NCBI GenBank assembly: GCA_950097015.1
Contig: CATNEN010000010.1
Span: forward strand, 2,666,001 to 2,730,000
DNA: 64,000 bases
Direction of reading: 5' to 3'
From: Macrostomum hystrix
Lineage: Eukaryota; Animalia; Platyhelminthes
Under the pieces are notes generated by a model that worked only from the letters and a program-made list of their open reading frames with translations, searched no databases and was not told the origin of the DNA. Of this stretch, positions 1 through 12,600 are shown one piece after another. Within the stretch, counting starts at the first letter, position 1; each line of letters opens with the position of its first letter. A program made the translations under genes and the position numbers.

Positions 1-745
1 CAACAAAATAACGCTTTCTTGCCTTCCTTTTTATTAGAAATTGCACACGACAGCGCGGAAAAAGGGGAGAATTGAGACAAAGCAATAGGACAGTCCTAGT
101 ATAAGACCTGACCAGGCATAAGTAGCGATCAGAACTGCCAAGGGAAAGTGTTCTTTGGCGCACATAAATGTACTCCCGAGAATACAGGTGTCACAGGTGT
201 GAAAAGCTACACAAAACAGTATCAGTTACAATAAGTACCGCGCACGCTGCCACCGGAGACAGTGTTAATCTTAACAGGCATTTTATGCAGTTTAACCAGT
301 TTCACAGAAAAATATTATTACTCTCTACTGAAGCTAAACTTATTCCTGCTTTGAAATTGCAACCAATGTAAAACTGATTTGTGCACTTAAAAAACCTATG
401 AGTAAACAGAATAATTAGTGCCTAGGAAGTCTCCAACGGACTCACAAAAGAAAATGAGAAGTTTGTCAAAACGTGCCCAAAAATGAGCATGAAACAATAA
501 GTACGCGCTGCAAGTTATATAGTAACCGAAAAACTTTTTTTCTTGCTCGCTCCTACTACTGGTATATTAAGTGGCAGCAGTAGTGACTATCGCATACAAA
601 CGGATTATTGTTCACTGTCCATGCAGCTCAGTCGAGTCTTAGGTGAAGCAGAAAGATTCTGATAATGAATGAAAGTGAAACGATCTAAATAAGGAAATCA
701 AAATCGAATAGAGACAGAGTCACGAGGGGCGCGGGCAGCGGCCAA

Positions 746-3700
746 TCAGGACCTGGCTAGACGGGGCAGCTTCTGAAACAGGGAGCCGGCCAGGCTGAGC
801 ATCACCAGCCACATTGTGCGCAGCAGCGGCACCCGCTTCACCGCTAGCCGCCACAGCACGACGCAGAGCAGCACATTCCACAGTACGCCCAGCCTCTGAA
901 GCCTGTGACAACGGTGTATGTGGGTCTTGAGTTCGAATCCGACAAGCTCTTTGACCGGAAAATAATACTGAGAGAATGAGGGAAAGCTTGGGGGCTTGTC
1001 GTGTGATTTTCGCCATTGTGGGCCAACCTCCAAGGCACAGTGAAATGAACACAGCCTGACGATGAGACAGTCAGGGCAAATGTACACACCTGTGCGTGTG
1101 TGCCTGCGTACAGTATCTGTGTGCGTGTGTTCTCAGAAGTCAGGGAAATGGGCAGAATTGCCTCCTTGTTGGCTGCGGGTCTAGTGTCACCAATTAATGT
1201 ACCATTGCCCACAACCCTCCTGCAATTGTTATTATTATCATTATTTTTACTGATACTCTCACTTGAAGTCAAAATAATCTCACAAAAACCTAGATAATCT
1301 CACTAGAATCCAGAACTAACTAACATTATTGATTATCTTATCAGCATTCGAAGACTAAGCTGACTAAATTCTTATTCAGTTGGACATAATGTGTGGATAA
1401 TCTTGTGAGACTGGGTCTAAAAGTACAAATACCAATGTTGGCTCAGGTTAGTATTAACAGTAGAACTACCAAGGGGGGGAATTCCCCCCCTGACCATTTT
1501 TTGCTGCACCCGAACGGAACAATGCAAGCACACGAAACTCAAGAACACGGGCCAACTTTTTGTTGCGCATCTTCTGAAACAAGAAACAAGTGGCCAGCTC
1601 TTCAGACCGTCGAGATATTCAATGTTTCTGGCCGAAGGTCCGATTTTTCCCATAAGAGCTAGTGTATTTCATACACCCCTATACACGAATTTGCACTGCG
1701 CCTCAGTGCGGCCTTTCCAGACCTTCAAACTTTATCAGCATGTCACCCGAATGGGCTTGCATCATCTCCGACTTCGGCGGTCACCGACCGATCTCTATTC
1801 GTTTGGGGGGGGGGGAATTCCCCCCACTGGTATAAAAACGGGCGGCAAAATGGCTTGGTAGTCCTACTGTTAATAATCTCCTAGTTAATCAAACTAGTAG
1901 AATGAATATAATCAAGTAATCAATTATTTCTCTCGCTGAACGAGATTCATTAAAATATTCACTACGTTTTTAACTGAAGCAGCACAGCCTACTTAGAAAG
2001 TAGCAAAAACTACAAATAGCAAATACTCACTTCCTGATGCGGGCCCGGGCCGAGCCGTCACTGTCCTCGCTCTCCTTAAGCGCGTATTTTGTCACCCCGA
2101 TGCAGTAGCGCTCCAGGTACTGGTGCCAATCCAGCTTGGAGGCGTCGCAGTCGAACTCCTGAGCATTTTCGTGTCGACTTTTGCGGGTTGTCTTTTCCAA
2201 AAAAACTCGTACTGGACTACTCAAATAGGGATTTAATTCCCAAAATGTCTCCCATCAAGTTTCTCCCCTCAAGGCATAGAACACATGCTCACCACCCGAT
2301 CCGAAGGCGACATGCACTCCATGGCGTGCATCACGTTGGCATTGTTGAACATCCACTCTCGGTGGGTAAAGTACTCCAGGGTTCGGATGGACTTGTTAAT
2401 ACGGTTGGAGACGCGAACAAAACTGCAATCGGTTGTCAGGGCGGATTTTAATCAAGGCTCACTTCGTGAGATCCTAAAGCGCTTCTAACAGTTGCTAAGG
2501 TAACTTCCTGATTGTGAAAATATGTGAAGTGCATCGGATTTCAGCAGACGGTTGCCTAGACAATGGTTGCTAAGGAAGTTCCACAGATGCGGATGATTAC
2601 CAGGGAACACAACCATCTCAATTGGTTGCTAAGGGAGTGGCAGCTGAAAGCTGTAAAAATTTATACTCAGCAGGTAAAACCAAATAAACCATGGTCAGGG
2701 TACATAGCAACTAGAAAAACACAATTTGAATTTACTGACAAAAAAATTAAAAGTAATTATCTACATAAAATGAGATGGGTAGTTTTTATATCTATCCTAG
2801 GGTTGTTCGGGTTTCCATTTTTTCCGGGTTTGGGGTCCCCGAACCCGGTAAACTGGCCTCGAACCCGGAACCCGACCCGAGCCCTTAACCCCGAACCCGG
2901 AACCCGACCCGACTCCGAACTTTACCCGACTATCTTCTGGACTTGGAGTCATGGTTGAGGACACTATGCTTGTCTTATAATACCAGTATTCTGCCTTTTC
3001 CTCTTTCTACTTTTCAATTGTTAACTCTTCTCCCCACTATGACTACACTACTCAACTCCTCAGTCGTACTCTTCACTTCATCCTCAGCTCCTCAAGGCCT
3101 CAGGCACGTTTTTATGTTAATAATTCATATTTTGGTTCCAGACGTGTGAATGAATAAAAAACTAGAATAGAAGATGAGGAAGTTTTCAGTTATTACTCGT
3201 ATTATTAAAAAGTTGCTAATTTTCTACTGTTCCAGCAAAACAAGTAAAACTGAAATAAAATAAAAAAATCCGGAAACCCGAACCCGAACACCCTACCCCG
3301 AACCTCGAACCCGACCCGGACACCTACCCCCGAACCCGGTACCAAAACCCGACCCGACCCCGAACACCCCTAATCTATTCATATTTTAGTGGAGTTCAGA
3401 CGATGCATTTTGTTACAGACACAAGTCAATCATACACAAAAGATACTTTGATAAAAATAGATTTCGAAACTTGTGCACTGACTGCCAGCGTGGACAGTAG
3501 CAGCGAGTGTGGAGAAAAACTGGCCAGCTACAGTAGAGTGCGCATGTGGGGTGATCCGGGCCAGCTCTGCACAGCTAGGAATGGGGTTGGCGTGGCGCTA
3601 TGCGCACTGAGTGCGCCACTCGGCTTTAGCGCAGAAACTGACACCGCTTTTTTCTATTCACGGAGTCGGTGTGCACTTTCAATGGCAAGCCGGCTTTGCT

Positions 3701-6371
3701 TGCCATTTGAGGAATTATTGAGAGACAGGAGCCGCGGACGGACATTGGGATAGGGACGAGAACACGGACCGGCTGGAAATGAAAGGGTGTGAGAGAGGAA
3801 GCAACAGCATAGAATCGCTGAAATTTGGAGTCCGAAAGAAAGAGAGAAAAGCGAGAAATAGAGGGGAGAGGAGAGAAGATTTCAGGGGGAGAGGAGAGAA
3901 TATATCAGTGAGAGGAAAGAATGTTTCAGGGAGAAAGGACAGAAGCTTTCAGGGAGAGAGAAAAGACTTTAGGTAGAGGAGATTTTAGGGGAGATTTTAG
4001 GGGAAGAGGAGCGTAGAATACTTAGGGGAGAAAGGAGAGAAGAGGGGGGAGAAAGAAAGGAAGAGAACTAGAGAAGAGTAGAGTAGAGAGAAAAAGCGGC
4101 AGTGACCGAGTGACATTGAGGCATGGAACAAGCAGTATCAGTGATATTGTGAGGCCCGGGTGCGCAGGGCCGATTATTCTGTCGGGCCAGCCGTGAACTT
4201 TAAAGTGCGGTCAGCCGCAGACGCGCACACCAAAGCAGCCAATGCCTGGGACAGATACGGTTGGCTATCAGGCGGGAGCACGCGGCCAGGTCGTGGCTGC
4301 GCTTCAGCGGGTGGGTGTGTAAAGTATGCGTCCCCGAATCGCGTCAGCAAATGCAAACTGGAATAGTGCTTTATTGATATCGCCAAAGGCGGTGGGGCGG
4401 AGAGGGAAGAACTGGGTGGAAGCAAGCTTTGCGGTTAGCTTTGATACCGACTGTAATTAGGACACTCGGATATTCTATGCGAGAAGTCGAAGTCGAATGT
4501 GACAAATATTTTTTTAGTAAACGGCAGGAGCAACTAAGAATAGATGTGTAATGCAAAATGCTTCGTAATCTAAGAAGTGAGTAATTACTCACACTGCCTT
4601 GCGTCCACTGGCGTACATCCACAGGTCCATGAGACAGGCCGGCAGCTGATGATTGAACAGCCAGTTGGCCTGATACCACATCGTGTTGGTGGTGAACACA
4701 GCCTTAGGCAGACGAATTGCGCTCTGCATTGGATGGGCAACGAAATATTTCGGCGTCAGGGTCTCCACGTGGGCCCAGGTGAGACGATTGGCCGGTCCGA
4801 TCACGGCGTGGTACACCGGCTGCCTGTCAGTCGGCTTGAATACGCGCTGGTGCCATACGCTGACCAGCAGGACATTCGTGGCAATGTCCACTGGCACAAT
4901 GTCCGCTCGGCAACCGCGGTCACCGTGCATGATGCGCATCATTCCCTGCATGGATGAGGCAACGCAGTGGATTGCTAGTCTATCCCAGTGGATGAGGCGA
5001 CGCAGTGGATTGCTAGTCTATCCCAGTGGATGAGGCAACGCAGTGGATTGCTAGTCTATCCCAGTGGATGAGGCAACGCAGTGGATTGCTAGTCTATCCC
5101 AGTGGATGAGGCAACGCAGTGGATTGCTAGTCTATCCCAGTGAATTGCTAGTCCTGTAGCCTAGCCTATGCATATTATTTTTAGAACCAGGCCTGCAGTC
5201 CATCACTGCAGTGGTTCCAGAGCACTATAACAAAGGACGGTGCTCACCTTGCCGACTGCGGCAAACAGGCCGGTGGGCCCGTTAAAGTTGTCCACCCAGC
5301 CGGGGAAGGGGTCCTCCCAGCTGGCTCCAACAATCGAGGGCCGAACAATGATGATTGGCAGGTGCGGGAACTTATTGGTCAGGTAGAACTCAGCCAGCTG
5401 CTTAGTGAATGTGTACGTGTTCGGCTTCTGGCCAATCAGCTTAGGCGTTACCTGAAAAATTATTTTGTTTTAAGCTTCAAACAATAAGAATACTGTGTTC
5501 TCAGAGCACAATAAATACCTGCTTCTCAGATCCAAATTTAACCTGGATCTCATGAGCTAGCAACTGCTAAAAATAACAATCCAAGGTGCCCAGCCTCTCA
5601 CCTGCTCAAGCACACCTTCATCCATCCACTCGATGGCGTCGAGCAGCTTCTGCGGGTGCAAAGGTGGCGGGTAGACAACTTCGTCGACGATTTTGCGCTC
5701 GCAGTTGGCATAGGCGGTGGACACGTGCACCAGCGCCTCCAGCTTGCGCATGCCCTCGCACAGTTCGGCCACTTTGCGCGGCCCGTCCAGGTTCATCTGG
5801 AGGGCGATCTTTAAGTGCTCATCGAAGCGCACAGTAGCCGCGCTGTGGAACACGATGCTAACCCGGTCGCGAAGCTCTTCAACGGCTTCGGGCGAGAGGC
5901 CCAGGCCAGGCTCGAACATGTCACCCTGGATGGGCACGATGCGGTCGCGAAAGTCCGGCCGGTCGCGCCGCAGCCGGTCAAACAAAACGCTGCCAAGCAG
6001 CTCCTGAGTTTGAGGGTGAAGCCGGAATTCAATTTGGACAGACAATGTTTTGGGACTGGACAGGAAGGGTGGGCTTAGGTGAGTGTCTGGCTAGATTAGA
6101 CCGTTGATCCCTTATTGCGTGAGCCAATGTGGCAGGCACTCACCTCGAGCCGCTCCTCAACAGGCCGGCCCCGCTTGGGCCTCATGATAGCGTAGATGCG
6201 GCCCACCTGAGGACAGGCCCAGAGCAGCTTCTCGAGCAGTACTTTGCCTAGGAAGCCGGTGATGCCCGTGATCAAGACGTCCTTCCCGGCGTAGAATTCG
6301 CCGATAGACTGGAAGCCGACCCGACTGGCATCGACTTCTGACTCCGCCTGCCTTTCGCTTTGAGTCTGCAT
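746..6371 (-). CDS. FAR1: Fatty acyl-CoA reductase (FAR1/2-like, male-sterility/NAD_binding_4 + Sterile domain); 7 exons: 6371-6144, 6003-5602, 5451-5248, 4945-4593, 2422-2293, 2158-2031, 902-746 (533 aa)
   Basis: Motifs [86 protein letters not shown] and a hydrophobic C-terminus. All introns are GT..AG with matching phases (total 1602 nt). Confidence 0.93.
905..1190 (+). mobile_element. tRNA-derived SINE family A, copy 1 (5'-degraded), in the last FAR intron
   Basis: B-box-like GAGTTCGAATCC at ~928. The body (ccaacctccaaggcacag...cctgacgatgagacagtcagggc...gcagaattgcctc) matches 44566-44790 and the reverse complement of 58505-58705. Confidence 0.7.
1458..1869. mobile_element. Non-autonomous DNA transposon (MITE) flanked by TTAA
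   Basis: TIRs CAGTAGAACTACCAAG / CTTGGTAGTCCTACTG; TTAA on both sides (1454-1457, 1870-1873); subterminal GGGGGGAATTCCCCCC palindromes. A related inverted copy lies at 36258-36626. Confidence 0.8.
2798..3372. mobile_element. hAT-like MITE
   Basis: Termini TAGGGTTGTTCGGG / CCCGAACACCCCTA; many subterminal (A)ACCCG(A) motifs; 8-bp flanks ATCTATCC / ATCTATTC (7/8 TSD match). Confidence 0.7.
4948..5142. repeat. 38-bp minisatellite (~5 copies) abutting the FAR exon 4 splice acceptor
   Basis: Unit gtggatgaggcaacgcagtggattgctagtctatccca. Confidence 0.9.
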
Positions 6372-8170
6372 GCTGAAGACTGTAGCTGCCAACTGGCTGT
6401 GGGCGAGCAGAGCGAATAACAGACGATAAAACACAAACCAACTGTGCGGCGTGAGTCTCAACACTATTGCTATTTTATTTATAGTCATGCGCCTGAGCAC
6501 AAGCTCATGGCGTGAGCCGAATGCCTGACCCCGGCCTCTGACCCTGAATACCCACAGTGCCACCCGGCCCCCCTTTCCACATCGAATTGTTCTTCTGTAC
6601 ATTCGAAAACAACACTGAGATTGGTCAAAGTGCAAACAGACGTCAGATAAGGGACAGGGCACATCAGCATCGCTTCAAATATTTGAGTTATACTTGCTGA
6701 GCGACACTCCCAGTGCCACACACAGTCACCAGAAGGTCATTAAATGTTACCTTGAGCACTAAACCTTGTTTGAACATATGCAACTAACCACTGTGCAAAT
6801 AAATGCTGCTTAATGTACACAACAGTGTATGCCAAGATGCTAATTTGCTTAATGATTTCCAGTGATTAAGAACTGAGTAAAAACTTACAAAACTACAAAC
6901 TTAGTTCTATTCTTTTGTGTGCTGGGTTGTTATGTTCATTGATTTGGGGTAATTGCATGGTTCCAATGTTTCCTATTAATCAGGGAAAAGGCATGGTTCC
7001 AAATGATTGGGCTAAAAAAGGCATGGTTTTCATCCTCATGATTAGTGCAGGTAAAAACTTGCTTCCTAATGATTTGCTAGGCGAGAAAAAACTATTCAAT
7101 TGACATGTTAACACATGACTCCAAATTATTTGAGTATTAAAAAGTGTGGTTCCCTATAAGAGGAAAGGTAACAACATGACTACCTAATTGAAATAGTTAA
7201 ATATATATATTACTGGTGACTTTAAGATAGTTATCTAGATAGGTACATGGAAATATTTTAGCTCAAAAAAGAATAAAGCAGAAAAACAAGTTCTAAAAGA
7301 TAGATACAATAATAAATTGCTATAGCTAGCCAGAAAGAACAAAAAGACCCAGTTCTAGAAATAAAAGTAGCATAAAAAATTCATTTCAACCTGAAAAATA
7401 TAAATGACAAATACTTATATGTAGAAGCCTTAGCCAGAAAAAAAACAAACAAGCCTTGAAAAGGGTCTTTAGTCACTTAAAGCTAGCTAGTGGTATAGAG
7501 CTTGTTAAAGCCTAGCTATTAGTCCTATGATTACTGGTCAGTTTGGTCACATGGTAGTCTATTTAGAAAAAATCTGGCAACATGTCATTTCAGCCAACTG
7601 AGATTCAACTCTTTGTTTTCAAGCCAACTCAGCCATTGCCAGATTGGTCATAGCCAATTAGAATAATTTGCAAGTGATCATAGCAAATTATGGTGAATAA
7701 ATTTATTATTATAAGTTTCTTAAACTATACTTAAAGGCTTTAAAATTTATCACACAGTTGCATCTGTTTGATACAATACTAATTTTATTTAATAACAATT
7801 ATTGAATATTATTCTAGACTTTAGTAAATGTGTTCTATGTATTGAGGTTCTTAGTAGTATTTTGGCCCATTCTACTATAAATATAACTGTTTAAATTGCC
7901 ACAACACAACCTTCCTACAATTTGATTCTACTATAGTCATAGATAGAGCAAACACTAGTGGCAAAACTGATAACAGCAAAACAAGATTTAATTCTTATGT
8001 GAACAAAAATAACGTCTGCCAAAATTGCTATAGCTGAATCAGCTAGTATCAAGAACTATAATAGCAAAGCTTATCAACCTGCTAGTCTAGAAAAAGTTGC
8101 TAATACTAATTCTAGATATAGGCTAGTTAAGGGTGTCCTAAAATATTATTGTGTACTTCTTTCTACCCCA

Positions 8171-8626
8171 TGTGACGTTGTCTCTCTAATTTAATGTAAT
8201 TTTAATATGCTATTTCAAATTAAGTGCATTATTTTCGTTAGCTATATTTGTTAGGGATATTTCTTCGGTTTTCCATATATATTTATAATGGTTTTGTTTT
8301 AGTGTACTACATAGTCGTAGTTCGTATTCAAATGTGCTAACTAGGCCTTTCCAGGAAGGCTCCCAACCCTTCCCCCGGGCTTGTTCTACGACTGAGTGCT
8401 GGTTGTTATTTTGTCAGTGGCTAATCTGAACTGTAGCCGTAGCTGTATTTCAAGTGAATCCATTGAGTAGCTCTGTAACCCATCTAAGATATAGCCAGCA
8501 TTCGCCGTAAAGACGATTTCTTAATTCGAAGGCCCAATTTACTGCATGAGAGTGCTTTCCGCTACGAAGGTTTTGTAACGATCGATAATTTACCTTGCTA
8601 TTAAAATAAACCGAAACTTCGTCATA
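8171..8626 (+). repeat. 5' LTR
   Basis: Matches 16447-16902; AATAAA near the 3' end. Confidence 0.95.
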
Positions 8627-8632
8627 TAAATT

Positions 8633-8646
8633 TGGAGGACCCACCG
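8633..8646 (+). promoter_or_regulatory. Putative primer-binding site (TGGAGGACCCACCG), resembling tRNA-Thr-type PBS
   Basis: TGG start 6 nt downstream of the 5' LTR. TGGAGG is the complement of typical eukaryotic tRNA-Thr 3' ends (recalled, not verified against this species). Confidence 0.55.
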
Positions 8647-9692
8647 TCAATGACAATTCGAACCCGGTCATCGACCATCGTCATTCGTCAAAAAGCTAGC
8701 TCATAGGCCTAGGCCTACTCATCATTAATTAGATCTCAAGTCTACTAAAGTCCAACAGTGATTCAGCACTATCAGTTCACGGCACAGCCTACCTACTACA
8801 CAGACGATCGAGAAAGTAAACAACAACCAACTTTATCAGCTTAAGCGTATCGGCAGTGTGTCTTCGCAGAGTGAGTCAGACGCTAAGCCTAAAGGAGGGT
8901 CAGACAACCAGCCAACCTCTGTGCTCTGCGCCTGTGTCCAATCACGTGACCACTAAACACACCTGGTTAGGAGTATCAACTCTTAATTGCAAGCGCAACA
9001 ACCCCAAAGCTTTAGCCCGCCGAGCGCCACCCCTCTCGTCTGTTGAACTGCGCCTAGCCATTGCAATCGATTGCCTAAGGGTTCTCTCGGCCTGCGCCCC
9101 GCTTGATTTTTGTGGACTAGGCGAGCCAGGCTAACACTGCAAAGCATTTTCGCCAGGTCGTCACTTACAACATCAGCAATAGCAGTCAATTAGCCAAACG
9201 CCGGCAGCAGCGGCCCTACGCCAGCTGTTCACGACAACAGCTACTACGGCAGCCGGTGCCAGTCTGCAGTTGCAACAGCGGCCAACAACAATCGGGTAGC
9301 ATCAGAGCATCGCCTCGCGGGTTGAACGGGCCTGCGACTGAAGGGCACCTGCCATCTGCGAACAAGCCAAGCCAAGCTGAACCGAACCGATCCGAGCCGA
9401 GCGGTGTGCAGCAAGCCTGGTTGAGCTGGACCTTGCCGATTGCCGTGGCGAACTGAGCAGTGTGCCGAAGACAACGGCGGCCGAGATTCGGAACTGGTGG
9501 TTGCAGCTAAGGCTGAGTTCAATTATTTATTATTTTTATATTAGGATCTATTGTGGCAGTAACTTTAGACTTAGGACCACCATTAGTACTAGACTTGTTG
9601 CTCAATAATTTGTAAACTGCCACATTCTTTCTTGTGTAGGCCTAGCTCGTTCTTCGCTCCTCTTTTTCTAGTTGTGTGTCTGAGTTCTAGTC

Positions 9693-12600
9693 ATGTCAGG
9701 CGTAAATTCAGATACCGACCAAGTCGACCAGTCAGGGGCAGCATTGTCAGGCCAGGGACCAGAGGAGAGCATCGGCCATGGGCCTGGGACAGCAGGAGGT
9801 GCTGAGGTGGAGATGGAGGGAGGTGAGCAGCCGGAGCGCGAGACCTCCTTAGGTGACCTCGCCAGAACCCTAGCCCAAATCCGTGACAACACCAGCACCA
9901 GTTCTAGAATACCGAAATCGAGCCCTCGGCTCAGACCCCCAGTGGCCTACACACCCAAAACCAAATTTGATATCTGGTGGACGCAATTCCGCCTGTTTCT
10001 TGAAGCCAATGAGATCATGCCTGAGCATCGGACAGCAGTGTTGCTTTCATCCCTGTCACCCGAGTGCCAAGAATTCTTTTACAACTATCGTCTGCACGAG
10101 AAAAGCTTTGATGAAGCAGTGAAGAGTCTAAGAAGCCGGTATGGCGAGCCAACCCACGTAGATAAATACTATATAGAACTGACCTCAGCCCAACAGCTGT
10201 CATCGGAGAGTATCCAGGAGTATTTTGACCGCCTCATAGGCCTAGCAAATGCCGCGGACATGAGCCGCTCTGAGTACGAGCCCCTAGTAAGGACGCGGTT
10301 TTGCTATGGCTTGGCTGACAAAACTATTGCCGAAAAACTTATCAATATGCTGCATGAAGCACCCAGGGCTTCACTGGAGAGACTCCTAGCTAGGGCTCGA
10401 GACACAGATCAAACTAGGCAGCTGCTCAAACTGACTGAGCAACCCAAGGTTAGAAGTGTTGAAGCAGACGAGATCCGAGCCCTGAAGGCGAGAATAGCAG
10501 AACTGGAGAAGAAACAGTCAGGGCCACAACAAAGCACGCAGAAACCTACTAATAGCAACAGTGGTGGCCATAGGCACAACTTTCAATCTCAGAAGTCCCT
10601 ACAGGACTACTCTAGTCATGCCCGAATGAGCGGCGCCCTACCTAAATGCTTCAGGTGTAGTGAGACTGGCCACCTCATTGCCGAATGCCCCTATCCTAGA
10701 GAGCCAGGTACTGGTGCGCCACCCTCGAAGTTCAGGACCCCGCAACCCTTTAGGGAGCCGAAAAGTTTTAAGCCAAATGCGAGTTCGAGGCCACCCAGAG
10801 AGAAGGGAGTAGTGACTCATTGGAAAGACTCTTACGGGTTCATTCAGTCCTCTCAGATAGGCGACTCTGTTTTTGCGCACCTGTCTCAGTTGGTCCAGCC
10901 CCTGTTGGACCTGGCCTTAAGCCACCAGCTAGTGGGTACCAGCGTGACATTCAGCCGTGTCGCCGACGCTGGCAAGTCTAGAGACAAAGCTATTAGTGTG
11001 ACAGCTACGTCGACGGACCCTAAGTGTGCTGAAGTGTCTTCAGACCTACCCAGTTACAAGGCAGGATTCTATGTTCAGGTTGAGATTGGCGAGACCAAGA
11101 CTGTTGCCCTTCTAGATCCCGGTGCCAATGCCTCCCTGATTTGCCCGAAGATGCGAGACAAGCTCCTAGAAGCTGATCCAATCAATAATGTCTTCACCCC
11201 TGCGCGCACCCAGCGCACAGCTACTGGTTTCAATGGGGCTAGTTCGCAAATACTAGGCAAGCTCCAGTGCGAAGTGAGTTTAGGCAAATTAAAACAGCAG
11301 CACATATTCTTAGTGATTGAAGGCCAGTTATCCGAGATCCTGCTAGGGTTGGACTTCTGTGGTAATTTCCAAATCGTCATGGACATGGCCTGTGACCGTG
11401 TGACCTGCGCTGGAGAGTACGTCCCAATTTTTCGCGGCACCAATGCGATCTGTAGCGTGAATCGCGTTGTGGCCGCTTGCGATACAGTCCTGCCACCCCG
11501 CTCAGAAACGCTGATCCCAGCTAGGGCTATAGACGCTGAGAGCAGTTCCTATGGCGTTGTTAGTACCAGATTATTCGACCCCGACCCGTCTATCATAGTC
11601 GCCAATTCATTGGACCAGGTCAGCCCCACTAGTCACGTGTTAGTCAGAGTCCTAAACAGCGGCGAAGATGAGGTGAGGATTGCCAAGGGCGAGGAGGTAG
11701 CGTCTTTCAAGAAGCTAGGAGCTGATGAGAGCGTAGTGAGTACCAGACTTAGTGAGAGTGATTTCAGCATTGACAACGAGAGCGCGCTTAATGATAAGCT
11801 GTGCAAGCTGCCCTACCCAGATCCAGGGACAGCCAAGTGGCTCTTAGATCAATTTCACCTGCAGGAACGTAACCTGACCCAGGAGCAGCTGGATACGACA
11901 GTAAAAATGCTGAACTATTTTCTTAGCCAGATCTCGAAATCGGAAGCAGACATCGGTAGAACCCCTCTGCATGAACTGTCAATCGAGTTAAAGGACCCGA
12001 AGTGTCGCCCGATTTCTCAGCCATCGAGGCGAACAACCCCAGCGCAAAAGGAATTTCTGGATAAGTACATCGCCCAGCTCCTAAACCAGGGAGTTGTTGA
12101 AGAGTGCGACTCCGAGTGGGCCTCACCCATTGTGCTTGTGAAAAAGAAGGACGGTACATGGCGCCTTTGCGTAGATTACCGTGCGCTCAACAAGCACATA
12201 AAGCCGTGCTCTTTCCCGCTGCCCTTAATAGACGAATCTTTCGATAGCTTAGCGGGATCCGCCGTCTTTAGTAGTTTAGATCTGACGAGCGCCTACTGGC
12301 AGGTAGGGATCCGGGAAGCTGACCGAGACCTCACCGCGTTCTCATGTCCCCAGGGCACCTTTCGTTGGACCGTAGTCCCCTATGGGATCAAGACCGCGCC
12401 TGCAAGTTTCGCCAGGCTGATGCACCGCGTGTTTCGCCCTCTTTTGCTCAGGGTTAGCCTAATTTACCTAGACGATGTCATCATCAAGGCCAGAAACAAC
12501 GACGAGATGATTTCCCACCTGGCGCTAGTTTTCTGGCAGCTTAGAAAAGCGAATCTGAAAATCAGACCCTCGAAGTGTGAGCTCTTCAAGGACAAACTGA

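Noticed and set aside
3403-4425. Possible element or ORFs around the purine-rich tract in FAR intron 4
   Set aside because: Only short imperfect inverted matches and low-complexity ORFs; no TIR, TSD or protein motif could be supported.
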